Shown here one piece after another: positions 7,832-17,403 of a stretch of DNA of 64,000 nucleotides (position 1 is its first letter; every line of letters begins with the position of its first letter). The position numbers were made by a program, and so were the translations under genes. The notes under the pieces are model-generated. The model saw only the letters and a list, made by a program, of their open reading frames with translations, was not told the origin of the DNA and ran no database searches. Source of the stretch: an uncultured Eggerthella sp. (lineage in GTDB: Bacteria; Actinomycetota; Coriobacteriia; Coriobacteriales; Eggerthellaceae); NCBI GenBank assembly GCA_905203045.1, contig CAJKUH010000007.1:5306-69305 (forward strand), written 5' to 3'.

Positions 7832-9706
7832 ATGGCTCGCATACTTGACTCCATAGATTCCCCCGACAAGCTAAAGCTCCTCACTGACGAGGAGCTTTCT
7901 ATACTGGCGAAGGAAATCCGTGAGGAGATTATCAATGTCACCTCGAAAACGGGTGGCCATGTGGCCTCGAGCCTTGGTGCAGTAGACATCATTTTGGCCG
8001 TTCATTCGCTTATCAACTCACCCCATGATCGTTTCTTGTTCGACGTGGGGCATCAGTCGTATGCCCATATGCTGATTACGGGGCGCCTGAAGGAATTCCC
8101 TACGCTGCGCCAGTACAAAGGGCTTTCCGGTTTCCCGAAACCGCACAGCAATCCTCACGATGTGCATCCGTCTGGGCATGCCTCTGACTCGCTTTCCGTC
8201 GCTTGCGGCCTGGCGCGTGCCCGCGATTTGCGTGGCGACGACCAGAAGATCGTAGCCCTGATCGGCGATGCGTCGTTGGCGGGCGGCATGGCATTTGAGG
8301 CCTTAAACGATATCGGGCAGGCACAGACGCCGCTGGTAATCATCTTGAACGACAATGAGATGAGCATTTCGCGCAACGTGGGTGCCATGGCAATGCACCT
8401 GGGCGCGCTGCGCGTTTCCAGCAACTACCGCAAGAGCCGCGACAACATGCAGGATTTCATGGAAAACTCCCTGGGCGTTGCCGGCAAGGCCATGGTGAAG
8501 CTGGGCAAGACGGCAAAGGAATCGCTGAAGCAGTTCGTTGTTCCCGACACCATGCTCTTCGAGCAGCTGGGCATCGTGTGCACACCTCCCGTGGACGGGC
8601 ATGATATCACCGCCTTAAGGCGCACCATCGGCCATGCTTTGGAATCGGACGTTCCGGTTTTGGTGCACGTGGTTACGAAGAAGGGCGCCGGGTATGCTCC
8701 CGCAGAAGCGGAGCCTTCGCGTTTCCATGGCATTGGGCCCTACGACATTGCCACGGGCGCTTCGTTGAAGCCTAAGCCCAAGGCGCTTACCTATACGCAG
8801 GCATTTACGAAGGCGTTTGAAAAGGAAGCGCAGCTCGATGACCGTATCTGCGCCATTTCTGCTGCCATGATCGATGGCACGGGGTTGCGCTCCTTTGCCA
8901 ATGCCCATCCCGATCGCTGCTTTGATGTGGGCATTGCCGAAGGCCATGCTGTGGGTATGGCAAGCGGCTTGGCCCTTGGCGGCAGGAAGCCGGTGGTGGC
9001 GCTGTACTCGACGTTCCTCCAACGTGCTATCGACCAGACGATCATCAACGTTGCGCTTGAAAAGCTCGATGTGGTGTTTGCCATCGACCGTGCGGGTCTG
9101 GTGGGTGACGATGGCCCCACGCATCACGGCATGTTCGACATTGCTTTGCTGCGTTGCGTTCCCGACCTGAAGATCCTGGCTCCTTCCAACGAAGCCGAAC
9201 TGGCGCATGCCCTTCATACGGCGCTGAAGTTGGAAGGTCCCGTTGCCCTGCGTTACCCGCGTGGCGAAGCAGTGGGCGTTCCCATGCTCGACGATGCGCT
9301 TATGATGAAGCCAGGCAAGTCGCGCGTGCTGCGTGAAGGCAGCGATGCGGCGATCTTGGCGTTTGGCCGTATGGCGAACTACGCAGCTGATGCCGCCGAG
9401 CTACTTTCCAAACAGGGATGCTCGGTGCGTGTGGTTGACATGCGCTGGGTGAAGCCACTCGACCTTGAAGCCATTGCGGCTGCGGCGGAAACGGGTGTCG
9501 TGGTAACCGTGGAAGACGGCGTGCGCATCGGCGGTGCCGGCGAAGGGGTTGCTGAAGCGCTGGCGCTGATGGGCGCCAAGGCCAAGGTGAAGGTGCTGGG
9601 CTTGCCCGATAGCTTCGTTGCGCAGGGCAAGGTGAACCAGCTGTTCGCCGATGTTGGCATCGACGCCGAAGGCATCGCAAAGGCAGTTGCCGGCTTACTG
9701 GGCTAG
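7832..9706 (+). CDS. dxs: 1-deoxy-D-xylulose-5-phosphate synthase
   Basis: RBS GGAGGAGG upstream. Transketolase-like ThDP motifs (GHVASSLGAVDI, GDASLAGGMAFEALN, DRAGLVGDDGPTHHG). Confidence 0.9.
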   Translation: MARILDSIDSPDKLKLLTDEELSILAKEIREEIINVTSKTGGHVASSLGAVDIILAVHSLINSPHDRFLFDVGHQSYAHMLITGRLKEFPTLRQYKGLSGFPKPHSNPHDVHPSGHASDSLSVACGLARARDLRGDDQKIVALIGDASLAGGMAFEALNDIGQAQTPLVIILNDNEMSISRNVGAMAMHLGALRVSSNYRKSRDNMQDFMENSLGVAGKAMVKLGKTAKESLKQFVVPDTMLFEQLGIVCTPPVDGHDITALRRTIGHALESDVPVLVHVVTKKGAGYAPAEAEPSRFHGIGPYDIATGASLKPKPKALTYTQAFTKAFEKEAQLDDRICAISAAMIDGTGLRSFANAHPDRCFDVGIAEGHAVGMASGLALGGRKPVVALYSTFLQRAIDQTIINVALEKLDVVFAIDRAGLVGDDGPTHHGMFDIALLRCVPDLKILAPSNEAELAHALHTALKLEGPVALRYPRGEAVGVPMLDDALMMKPGKSRVLREGSDAAILAFGRMANYAADAAELLSKQGCSVRVVDMRWVKPLDLEAIAAAAETGVVVTVEDGVRIGGAGEGVAEALALMGAKAKVKVLGLPDSFVAQGKVNQLFADVGIDAEGIAKAVAGLLG

Positions 9707-9742
9707 CGCGTTCGGGCGTACTCTGCTTACATAAAGATCGTT

Positions 9743-9770
9743 CAGGGGCTGTATTGGCCCCTGTTTGCTG
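9743..9770 (+). terminator. rho-independent terminator after dxs
   Basis: CAGGGGC-tgtattg-GCCCCTG hairpin followed by TTTGCTGC. Confidence 0.6.
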
Positions 9771-9783
9771 CTAGGGAGGCGTG

Positions 9784-10506
9784 ATGGGAAACGAAACCAT
9801 TCAACAATGGATGGAAGATGCTCCGCAAGAGGTTGCGTTGCAATGCCGGGCTTTGCTGGATGAAGTGCAGCGTCTGCGCTTGGACGAAACGATATACCCT
9901 GCCCAAGACGACATCCTGAATGCCTTGAAGTACACGGCTCCAGAACAGGTGCGTGCGGTTATCTTGGGCCAAGACCCATACCATGGCCCTCATCAGGCGA
10001 TGGGCCTTTCGTTTTCTGTTCCTGCCGGGGAAAAGCTGCCGCCGAGCTTGCGGAACATCTACAAGGAACTGGCAGCTGATTTGGGCTGCGAGGCACCCAC
10101 GAACGGCGATTTGACGTCCTGGGCCAAGCAGGGCGTGTTGCTGTTGAACACCACGCTTACCGTGCGAGAGCATGCCGCCAATTCCCACAGCAAATTGGGC
10201 TGGCAGGTGCTCACTACATACCTGGTGGAGCAGTGCTTCCGCTTGCCTCAGCCGGTGGTGTTCTTGGCATGGGGCAGGCATGCCGTGAAGCTGGTGGAAG
10301 ATACTCAGGCAAAAGTCTTGGCCGAAGGAGTGGCGGCAGGCACCAACAAATTCATACTGAGGTCAACGCATCCATCGCCCCTTTCCGCCAATAAAAAGGG
10401 TGGGGAGTTGGAGCCTTTCATCGGGTCGCGCCCTTTTTCGCGCGCTAACAAGCTGCTCGTTGAAAACGGTTCTGCGGCGGTAGCCTGGGAAAGCGTGTGC
10501 CGTTAG
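9784..10506 (+). CDS. ung: uracil-DNA glycosylase (family 1)
   Basis: GQDPYHGPHQAMGLSFSV water-activating loop and HPSPLSA motif. RBS GGGAGG. Confidence 0.85.
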   Translation: MGNETIQQWMEDAPQEVALQCRALLDEVQRLRLDETIYPAQDDILNALKYTAPEQVRAVILGQDPYHGPHQAMGLSFSVPAGEKLPPSLRNIYKELAADLGCEAPTNGDLTSWAKQGVLLLNTTLTVREHAANSHSKLGWQVLTTYLVEQCFRLPQPVVFLAWGRHAVKLVEDTQAKVLAEGVAAGTNKFILRSTHPSPLSANKKGGELEPFIGSRPFSRANKLLVENGSAAVAWESVCR

Positions 10507-10658
10507 GCTGCATCGATGTGCTAGGGGGCCTTCAGGCAAACGCGCTCAAAGGGGAAATTGACGCCATGGGGCGTGGTTCCTTTCGCTTAAAACGATGCGG
10601 CCCCACTGATTGGTGGAGCCCCGTCGGGCGCCAGAAAGGGTGCTCTTTCCCTGATGCC

Positions 10659-10687
10659 TTGACAATATAAGTAACGCCGCGTATCTT
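10659..10687 (+). promoter_or_regulatory. sigma70-like promoter upstream of the AEC transporter gene
   Basis: TTGACA (10659-10664), 17-nt spacer, TATCTT (10682-10687). Located about 40 nt upstream of the RBS and ATG at 10727. Confidence 0.5.
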
Positions 10688-10726
10688 AATTTTTTTGTCC
10701 AGCAAGGGAAAGAAGGGTACGCGGCG

Positions 10727-11662
10727 ATGGCGGAGATTAGCGAAGCGCTGGGTCAAATGGCCATCATGTTGGCGATTGCCATCGGTGGCTTTGTCGCTAC
10801 GAAAGTGGGGGTCTTGCGCCATGAGCAGGTGTCCGACTTCACCCGTTTGCTGCTCAATATCACGCTTCCCTGTATGCTGCTTGCCTCGGTGAACAGCATG
10901 AAGGGTGCTACGCCGGAAACAATGGGTATTGCCGGTTTGCTGGCCCTGTTCCAGTTCTTTGCCCTTATGCTGTGCGCAATGCTGTGCAATGTGCTGTTCA
11001 GAACGCCGCGCGAAGAGCGTTCGATCTACATTTTTATGGCCATTTGCACCAATACCGGTTTTATTGGCTTGCCAGTGATCAGCTCTATCTATGGCTCCGA
11101 TTCGGTGCTGTTCTGCGGCATCTTCATTGCAGTGCTGGCGCTTTTCGTGTATTCGGTTGGTTTTGGCGCCTTGGTGCCCCGCAAACCCGGCGAAAAGGCG
11201 AAGATTCCCTGGAAAGCGATGATGAACCCTGCCATGATCGCCTCGGTGGTGTCCATTGTGCTGGTTCAGCTGGGCTTCGAGTTTCCTCCCGTTGCGGAAA
11301 AGGGCCTTTCCATGGTGGGCAACATCACGGCACCCGTTGCCATGCTCATGGTGGGCATCATCATCGCCAACGCGCGCCTTGCCGATGTGTTCAAGGAATG
11401 GCGCCTGTATCCTTTCATCCTTATCAGGCAGCTTATCGTGCCTGCGGCTTTGTTCTTGGGATTGAATGCCTTAGGCATCGACCATTTGCTGGCGGGCGTG
11501 TTCGTTATCATGTTCGCCATGCCGGTGGGTTCCATGGCACCGGCCTTCGCTCAGATGATGGGTCGCGACCCGCAGCTGCCTGCGCGTGGTACTGTGCTTT
11601 CGACGCTTTCGTCGTTTATAGTGGTGCCGTTGCTGGTTGTGTGGATGACGGTGATGGTCTAA
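10727..11662 (+). CDS. AEC family transporter (auxin-efflux-carrier/malate permease-like)
   Basis: 311 aa and about 10 TM segments. AEC-like N-terminus (MLAIAIGGFVATKVGVL, ITLPCMLL). Confidence 0.75.
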   Translation: MAEISEALGQMAIMLAIAIGGFVATKVGVLRHEQVSDFTRLLLNITLPCMLLASVNSMKGATPETMGIAGLLALFQFFALMLCAMLCNVLFRTPREERSIYIFMAICTNTGFIGLPVISSIYGSDSVLFCGIFIAVLALFVYSVGFGALVPRKPGEKAKIPWKAMMNPAMIASVVSIVLVQLGFEFPPVAEKGLSMVGNITAPVAMLMVGIIIANARLADVFKEWRLYPFILIRQLIVPAALFLGLNALGIDHLLAGVFVIMFAMPVGSMAPAFAQMMGRDPQLPARGTVLSTLSSFIVVPLLVVWMTVMV

Positions 11663-11707
11663 CGCGGTTATACTGCTTTAATCAGCAGTTTTGTTTCAGG
11701 AGGCCCT

Positions 11708-13009
11708 GTGCCTGATTTCACCAAGCCCTTCAACCGGGTATTCTTTCTTTTGTGTGTTTTGATTACCGGTGCGCTTGCCGGTGCATTCGTGTGGCTGTTC
11801 TTCTTCCTGATGGATATCGGCATCACCTTCCTGTGGCAAACCGTGCCTGGTTGGCTTGGCTCGCTTACCGTCGATGTGTTTCCCGTTCTGTCGCGGGGTC
11901 CCTTCGGGTTCATCCCGTATCCGCTTGTTGTATGCATAGCGGGTGGCGTGGTGATAGGGCTGTATGCGAAGCACGTGAAGGTCGAGCCTGAAGAGCTTAC
12001 CAAGGTGATGGCGCAGGTGAAGGAAACCGGTCGCTACGACTACAGTCAGTTGGGCAGGCTTTCCCTGGCTGCCTTGCTGCCGTTGCTCTTTGGCGGCAGT
12101 GTGGGCCCGGAAGCGGGCCTTACCGGCGTTATCGCGGGGCTGTGCACCTGGGTGGGCGACCGAATGCGCCGTTTCGGATCCGATTTCCGTGCCCTTACCG
12201 TGGCTGGCACCCAAGCGGCGCTTACGGCGGTGTTCACCGCGCCCCTGTACGGGTTTGTGGCGCCGCTTTCCGGCAGCGCCGATGGCGCCAACAGCGAGCA
12301 GATCGAATTCCCCAAGGCTCAGAAAGCAGTGGTGTACCTGTGCGCCATCGTGGGCGCGCTGGGCGCATTTCTCATACTGGGCCAGCTGTTCGGCGGCGGT
12401 GGCGGCCTGCCGCGCTTCGATGCGGTGGAAGTGGGCGGCTATGAGCTTGCCTTGCTGGTGCCGCTTGCCTTGGTGGGTACTGCATGTGGTTGGGTTTTCC
12501 ATGCGGCGAACAAGGGGTCAAAATGCCTTTCGGAAGCTATGGGCAGCCGTCCGGTGCTTAAGGCGGTTCTGGTGGGCGCGGTATTAGCGCTGTGCGGCAT
12601 GGCCTTGCCCTACACCATGTTCGCCGGCGAAGCGCAAGCGCATTATCTGATGGTGGGTTATGCCGCCATCCCAGCTGCTGCGCTCATCGCAACAGGGTTC
12701 GTGAAGAGCGCGTTGACGCCTACATGCCTCAACCTGGGATGGTGCGGCGGGCATTTCTTTCCCGTTATCTTTTCCGGTATCAGCCTTGGGTACGGCTTTG
12801 CGCTGCTTTGCAGTGCCGAGCCGGTGTTCTGCGTTGCCGCCTGCACCGCAGCGCTTATGGGTGCGGTAATGCGCCAGCCCGTTATGGCTGCGCTGCTGCT
12901 TATCATGTGCTTCCCGCTGAAAGGCGTAGTGGTGATGCTTGTTGCTGCGGTTATCGGTGCGGCCATCCCATTGCCGAGTGCCTTTAAGCCGAAGGAAGAG
13001 GGACGCTAA
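11708..13009 (+). CDS. polytopic membrane protein, ClC (chloride channel)-like
   Basis: 433 aa. GGSVGPEAGL and GGHFFPVIFSG resemble the ClC GxEGP and GxFxP selectivity motifs, but no clear GSGIP motif was seen. RBS AGGAGG before the GTG start. Confidence 0.45.
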   Translation: MPDFTKPFNRVFFLLCVLITGALAGAFVWLFFFLMDIGITFLWQTVPGWLGSLTVDVFPVLSRGPFGFIPYPLVVCIAGGVVIGLYAKHVKVEPEELTKVMAQVKETGRYDYSQLGRLSLAALLPLLFGGSVGPEAGLTGVIAGLCTWVGDRMRRFGSDFRALTVAGTQAALTAVFTAPLYGFVAPLSGSADGANSEQIEFPKAQKAVVYLCAIVGALGAFLILGQLFGGGGGLPRFDAVEVGGYELALLVPLALVGTACGWVFHAANKGSKCLSEAMGSRPVLKAVLVGAVLALCGMALPYTMFAGEAQAHYLMVGYAAIPAAALIATGFVKSALTPTCLNLGWCGGHFFPVIFSGISLGYGFALLCSAEPVFCVAACTAALMGAVMRQPVMAALLLIMCFPLKGVVVMLVAAVIGAAIPLPSAFKPKEEGR

Positions 13010-13074
13010 GTTCTGGGAAGGAACTGGGTCGTTTGAACGGTACCGGATAAATATCTATCAACCCTGAAAAGAAT

Positions 13075-13120
13075 ACGAGCCAGCATCTTCATGGAAGTGC
13101 TGGCTCGTTCTGCGTTTTTA
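13075..13120 (+). terminator. rho-independent terminator after the ClC-like gene
   Basis: ACGAGCCAGCA...TGCTGGCTCGT hairpin followed by TCTGCGTTTTTA. Confidence 0.6.
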
Positions 13121-13136
13121 CGCGATGGGGGCTGCG

Positions 13137-13832
13137 TTAGATGTTCAGTCCGTTGAGGATGCAATACCCGTCAAGGACGGCGGTAACCACAATGGTAATG
13201 GCGAAGGAAAGCGCACGGGTGCTGCTCTTCTTCTGAATGCCGATGTTCATCAGCACGATTGCGGCGAAGCAGAACAACACGGTAAGGGTATGGCGGGGAA
13301 ACGGTGCGAAGCTGATGGGAGAGAACATCACGGAAAGGTAGTGCACGGAATCGATGGCGAGGATGGCGCCTGCCAGGCCGAGTATCACCGCGCCCAAAGC
13401 GTTCTGCTTCTTCGCGTAGTAGGCGATGAAGCCGCCGGGCAGGGTGAGGAAGGTTGCGGGAAGCCAGGTGGTGGTCCAATACGACATTCCCAAGGCAAGC
13501 CCCAGGGTGGGGATTTCCACCAGATAGATAAGAGGCTGGCTTATCAGAAAGAACACGAAGCATTTCGCGGCTGCCTCAAGGCCGCTTTTGCAGTTCGTGA
13601 CGATGAGGAACGCGAACAGCACCCACCATTCGAAGGAAACGGCAATATCCCTGAACGAGGTTTCCTCCAAAACGGGAACCTGGTTGATAAGACCCACGAA
13701 CACGCCGATTGCCACGGCGAAGATGATGACATGCTTCCAGCTCATGTCGAGCCCACCAAAGAGCTTCGAGAGCTTTTCGGTAAACGACGAAGAAGCGGGG
13801 GCAGCAGCACTGTGTTTTGGTTGGTCAGGCAT
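13137..13832 (-). CDS. hypothetical integral membrane protein
   Basis: About 230 aa and at least 6 predicted TM helices. No family recognised. The start was placed at MPDQPK; an upstream alternative exists at 13865. Confidence 0.45.
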   Translation of the reverse strand: MPDQPKHSAAAPASSSFTEKLSKLFGGLDMSWKHVIIFAVAIGVFVGLINQVPVLEETSFRDIAVSFEWWVLFAFLIVTNCKSGLEAAAKCFVFFLISQPLIYLVEIPTLGLALGMSYWTTTWLPATFLTLPGGFIAYYAKKQNALGAVILGLAGAILAIDSVHYLSVMFSPISFAPFPRHTLTVLFCFAAIVLMNIGIQKKSSTRALSFAITIVVTAVLDGYCILNGLNI

Positions 13833-14017
13833 GGATCCTCCGTATGGGACGCGAAGCAGGAGCATGAACAGCTCGGGGTAAGGATAATTCGCATAACCGT
13901 ATCCGATCTAACGTATCAGAATCGCATCACGGGCTAATTCGCCGACAATGCAATACGACCCGGTGCGCTGGGTTGGGGCGCATTGGGCCGTGGGACAATC
14001 GGAAAAGGTCGGGGACG

Positions 14018-15697
14018 CTAGGCCGCCTTGCATTCTTCCTGTTCGATAAGCTCGCGGGCGTGCTCGATGGCGTCGTCGATGTTGGCGCGGAAGTGCTCTT
14101 CTCCCACCAGGTCTACGAAGCCGGCACGGCGCATGGTTTTCATGGGCTGCTCGTTGGCGTGACTAAAGATGAGCTTCACGCCGTTTTCGGTGCAGTAGTC
14201 GTACAGGTTTTCCAGCGCATTCATGCCGGAAGAATCGAGTGAGGGAACGCCGCGCATGCGGATGATCAGGTATTTTGTGAACGACTTCACCGAGATGTCG
14301 GTGATGCGGTCGGTCATGCCGAAGAACATGGGGCCGTTGATCTCGTAGACGCGCACGCTCTTGGGAAGCTCGCGCAAGTGCGTTACCTCGGAATTGGCAT
14401 CGCAGTAGTACTTCCAGCCCTTTACCTCGGTTTCCTCGCTGACCATCTTCATGAACAGCACGATGGTGATAACCATGCCCACGCCGATGGCGGTAACCAG
14501 GTCGAACACGATGGTAAGGGTGAAGGTGAGCAGCAAGGTGGCCACGGCGCCCTTCGAAGCGGTTTTGCACAGGTGCGCGAAGTTGCGCCAACCTGACATG
14601 TTGTAAGCCACCTGAAGCAGGATGGCGGCGATGGTGGGCATGGGAATAAGCGCCGCATAGGGCATCAGGAATACCAACATCAGCAACAGCACCACGGCAT
14701 GCACCATGCCGGAAATGGGCGTGCGACCGCCGTTGTTCACGTTCGCGGCAGTGCGGGCAATTGCGCCTGTGGCGGGGATGCCGCCGAATAGGACGGAACC
14801 GATGTTACCCATGCCTTGCGCCACCAGTTCCATATTGCAGCGATGGTGCGAACTGATCATGCTGTCGGCGACAACGCAGGAAAGCAGCGATTCAATGGCG
14901 GCAAGCATGGCAATGGTGAAGCCGTTTGCCAGTTCATTGCGGAACAGCTCCACGCTCAGCTGCGGAACATGCAGGCTGGGCAGCGCGCTGCTGATGGTGT
15001 ACAGGTCGCCGATGGTGAACACATCCATGTTCAGCAGACTCACCATGCCGATTCCCACGAAGATGGCGATAAGAGAGCTGGGGATCTTCTCGTTGAACCG
15101 GGGCCACAGGAAGAGCACCGCCAGGCACACCACGCCAACCAGCACCGCTTCGGGGTTGATGGTGCCGATGTTCTGCGCGAGAGCCTGAATCTTGTCGGTG
15201 GTTTCAACAGTGGGCGTGCCGGCGGGGTATGTGAGCCCCATCAGGTCTTTCAACTGTCCGATGACGATGGTTACGGCGATGCCGGCAGTAAACCCGGTGG
15301 TGATGGTGTAGGGAACGAAACGGATAAGCGCGCCGAGCTTCAGTATGCCCATCAGAATCAGCACGATGCCTGCGATGATGGTGGCGGCGAACAGGCCGTC
15401 AAGGCCATCGGTGGCGACGATGCCGGCAACGATGGTGGCAAACGCTGCGGTAGGGCCGGAAATCTGAACGCGGCTGCCGCCCAAAAAGGCGATAAGGAAG
15501 CCCGCGATGATGGCGGTGTACAGGCCTGCTTCGGGGCCTACGCCGGAAGCGATGGCAAGGGCGATGGAAAGCGGCAGGGCCACCACGGCAACCACGATGC
15601 CGGATACGATGTCTTTCGGGAGCTGCTTTTTGAGTTCTTCTTTGCTGGTGTGCTTGATGATGCTGAACAGAATCGGCTTGATCTTGTCGTGCTGCAT
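14018..15697 (-). CDS. SulP family anion (sulfate/bicarbonate) permease with C-terminal STAS domain
   Basis: SulP N-terminal signature region followed by a STAS domain (VRVYEINGPMFFG...SGMNALENLYD). The longer 15757 GTG start lies inside a palindrome, so the ATG at 15697 is preferred. Confidence 0.8.
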   Translation of the reverse strand: MQHDKIKPILFSIIKHTSKEELKKQLPKDIVSGIVVAVVALPLSIALAIASGVGPEAGLYTAIIAGFLIAFLGGSRVQISGPTAAFATIVAGIVATDGLDGLFAATIIAGIVLILMGILKLGALIRFVPYTITTGFTAGIAVTIVIGQLKDLMGLTYPAGTPTVETTDKIQALAQNIGTINPEAVLVGVVCLAVLFLWPRFNEKIPSSLIAIFVGIGMVSLLNMDVFTIGDLYTISSALPSLHVPQLSVELFRNELANGFTIAMLAAIESLLSCVVADSMISSHHRCNMELVAQGMGNIGSVLFGGIPATGAIARTAANVNNGGRTPISGMVHAVVLLLMLVFLMPYAALIPMPTIAAILLQVAYNMSGWRNFAHLCKTASKGAVATLLLTFTLTIVFDLVTAIGVGMVITIVLFMKMVSEETEVKGWKYYCDANSEVTHLRELPKSVRVYEINGPMFFGMTDRITDISVKSFTKYLIIRMRGVPSLDSSGMNALENLYDYCTENGVKLIFSHANEQPMKTMRRAGFVDLVGEEHFRANIDDAIEHARELIEQEECKAA

Positions 15698-15747
15698 GAC
15701 GTGCTTCTCGTGCTCCTGAATGTGCGTAGTTTTCTCTTGTGAAAAGA

Positions 15748-15773
15748 AACGTTCCACCGGATGGTGGAACGTT
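15748..15773. promoter_or_regulatory. perfect 11-bp inverted repeat (AACGTTCCACC-ggat-GGTGGAACGTT) in the sulP leader
   Basis: Seen directly. On the minus strand it is followed by TTCTTTTCAC. It could be an operator or a leader attenuator hairpin about 50 nt upstream of the preferred sulP start. Confidence 0.5.
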
Positions 15774-16029
15774 CGTGCTTTCGCTATGCGCGATTAATGC
15801 GAAAGCGCTTTATTCTATCGCGGCAGGTGAAATTTTTTCCGATTCCGCATAGTTTTTTCAAGTGAACACGTTTTTGACCTGGGTGAACGGGTTTTATTGC
15901 CTTCGGTTATAGGAACGTTGAAAGTTGCAATGGGAATATGGCCCGTCTTCGGCGGGCATCCTGGTAATTTGATGCAAGGGGGAAAGCCTGCAAGGGGTAG
16001 GGTGCAGGCTCCGTTCGAAGGGGATTGCA

Positions 16030-17262
16030 ATGAAGGGCGCATCGCCGAATCGCACTGTTATCTTGGCGGCAGGCACGCTTGCCGCCATGGGCACCAGCTG
16101 CATTTACATGTGGAGCATTTTCAACAAGCCGCTGATGGCCGCCTATGGCTTCACTGCTTCCGAGGTTTCCATGGCATATTCGCTGTTTTTGCTGGCAACG
16201 TGCTTTTCCAGCATGTTGGCCGGATGGCTTCAGCGCCATGTGCAGCCGCGGTTCATCGTGCTGTGCTCGGGCATTTTGTTCGGGCTGGGCTGGTTTCTTT
16301 CCGGCTATGCCAGCAACTTGGTCATGCTGTACGTCTTCTTCGGCGGTATGGCGGGTGCGGGCAACGGGCTTCTGTACAATTCCATCGTTGCAGTGGTGAT
16401 GAAGTGGTTCCCCGACAAGCGCGGGTTTGCCAATGGGGTGTGCATCGGCGCCATTGGGCTGGGACCGGTGTTCTTCGCGCCGCTTGGCAACTTCCTTATC
16501 GAATCGTTCAGCGTTCAGATGGCGTTTCATATCGTGGGCGTTATCTGGCTGGTGATCTACTTGGCGGTTTCGTGGCTTTTGCTGGTGCCGCCGCAAGGGT
16601 GGACGCCTGCGGGGCAGGCCGAAAAGGCAGAAGAGGCGAACAGTGGCGATGCTCTTCGCGAGCGAAACCTCACCTCGAGGCAGATGTTCCGTCAGCCGCT
16701 GTATTACGTGCTGTTTTTGGTAATGATGGTTGCGTGCACCAGCGGGCTGATGGTTACCGCCCATGCCTCCAATATCGGGCAGGAGGTTGCGGGCCTTACC
16801 GCTTCGGAAGGGGCCGTTGTCGTGGCCGCTTTGGCGGTGGGAAGCTGTTTGGGGCGCTTCGGGTTCGGCGCAGTTTCCGACCGCATCGGGCGCTACAAGG
16901 CGTTGGCAATTTCCCTGGCCGCTAATGCTGTGCTCATGCTGTTCTGCATCCATGCTGCCACTACGTTTGCAACCTACTTGCTGGCTGTTGCGGCGGTGGG
17001 CGCTTGCTTTGGCGGAACCATGACCATCGTGCCTGCCATCGTCGGCGATGCGTTCGGGTCGGTGAACTTCGGGCAGAACTATTCGTTTGTGTACCCGGGC
17101 TACACCGTGGCTTCTTTCGTGGGCCCTATGGCGGCTGCCATGGCATTCGAAGCGGTGGGCAGCTATTCGCCTGCGTTCATCATTGCGGGTGCTTTGGCCT
17201 TGGTGGGCATGGTGCTGGTTTTGGCGTGCTCGAAGCTTGAGCGTCGTTTGCCCGAAGCGTAG
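16030..17262 (+). CDS. MFS transporter, oxalate/formate antiporter (OFA) family-like
   Basis: 410 aa and 12 TM segments. OFA-like N-terminus (IYMWSIFNKPLMAAYGF) and MFS loop motifs. Confidence 0.75.
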   Translation: MKGASPNRTVILAAGTLAAMGTSCIYMWSIFNKPLMAAYGFTASEVSMAYSLFLLATCFSSMLAGWLQRHVQPRFIVLCSGILFGLGWFLSGYASNLVMLYVFFGGMAGAGNGLLYNSIVAVVMKWFPDKRGFANGVCIGAIGLGPVFFAPLGNFLIESFSVQMAFHIVGVIWLVIYLAVSWLLLVPPQGWTPAGQAEKAEEANSGDALRERNLTSRQMFRQPLYYVLFLVMMVACTSGLMVTAHASNIGQEVAGLTASEGAVVVAALAVGSCLGRFGFGAVSDRIGRYKALAISLAANAVLMLFCIHAATTFATYLLAVAAVGACFGGTMTIVPAIVGDAFGSVNFGQNYSFVYPGYTVASFVGPMAAAMAFEAVGSYSPAFIIAGALALVGMVLVLACSKLERRLPEA

Positions 17263-17312
17263 CACCTGGGCGCCGATAACCCGTGTGGGGCCTACACGTT
17301 CCCTGTAAAAGC

Positions 17313-17350
17313 AAAGCCGCTTGATCGTGCGTGATCAAGCGGCTTTTTGT
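17313..17350. terminator. bidirectional terminator between the MFS gene (+) and prfC (-)
   Basis: AAAGCCGCTTGATC-gtgcgt-GATCAAGCGGCTTT followed by TTGTCG. A-rich on the other strand. Confidence 0.7.
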
Positions 17351-17403
17351 CGCGAGCCATAAAGGGCACTGAAAGGATTCGCCCCAACAGATGAAGGACG
17401 TTT

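Noticed and set aside
10532-10822. 96-aa minus-strand ORF in the ung-AEC intergenic region
   Set aside because: Overlaps the predicted TTGACA-N17-TATCTT promoter and the AEC gene start. No RBS. Composition typical of a spurious frame.
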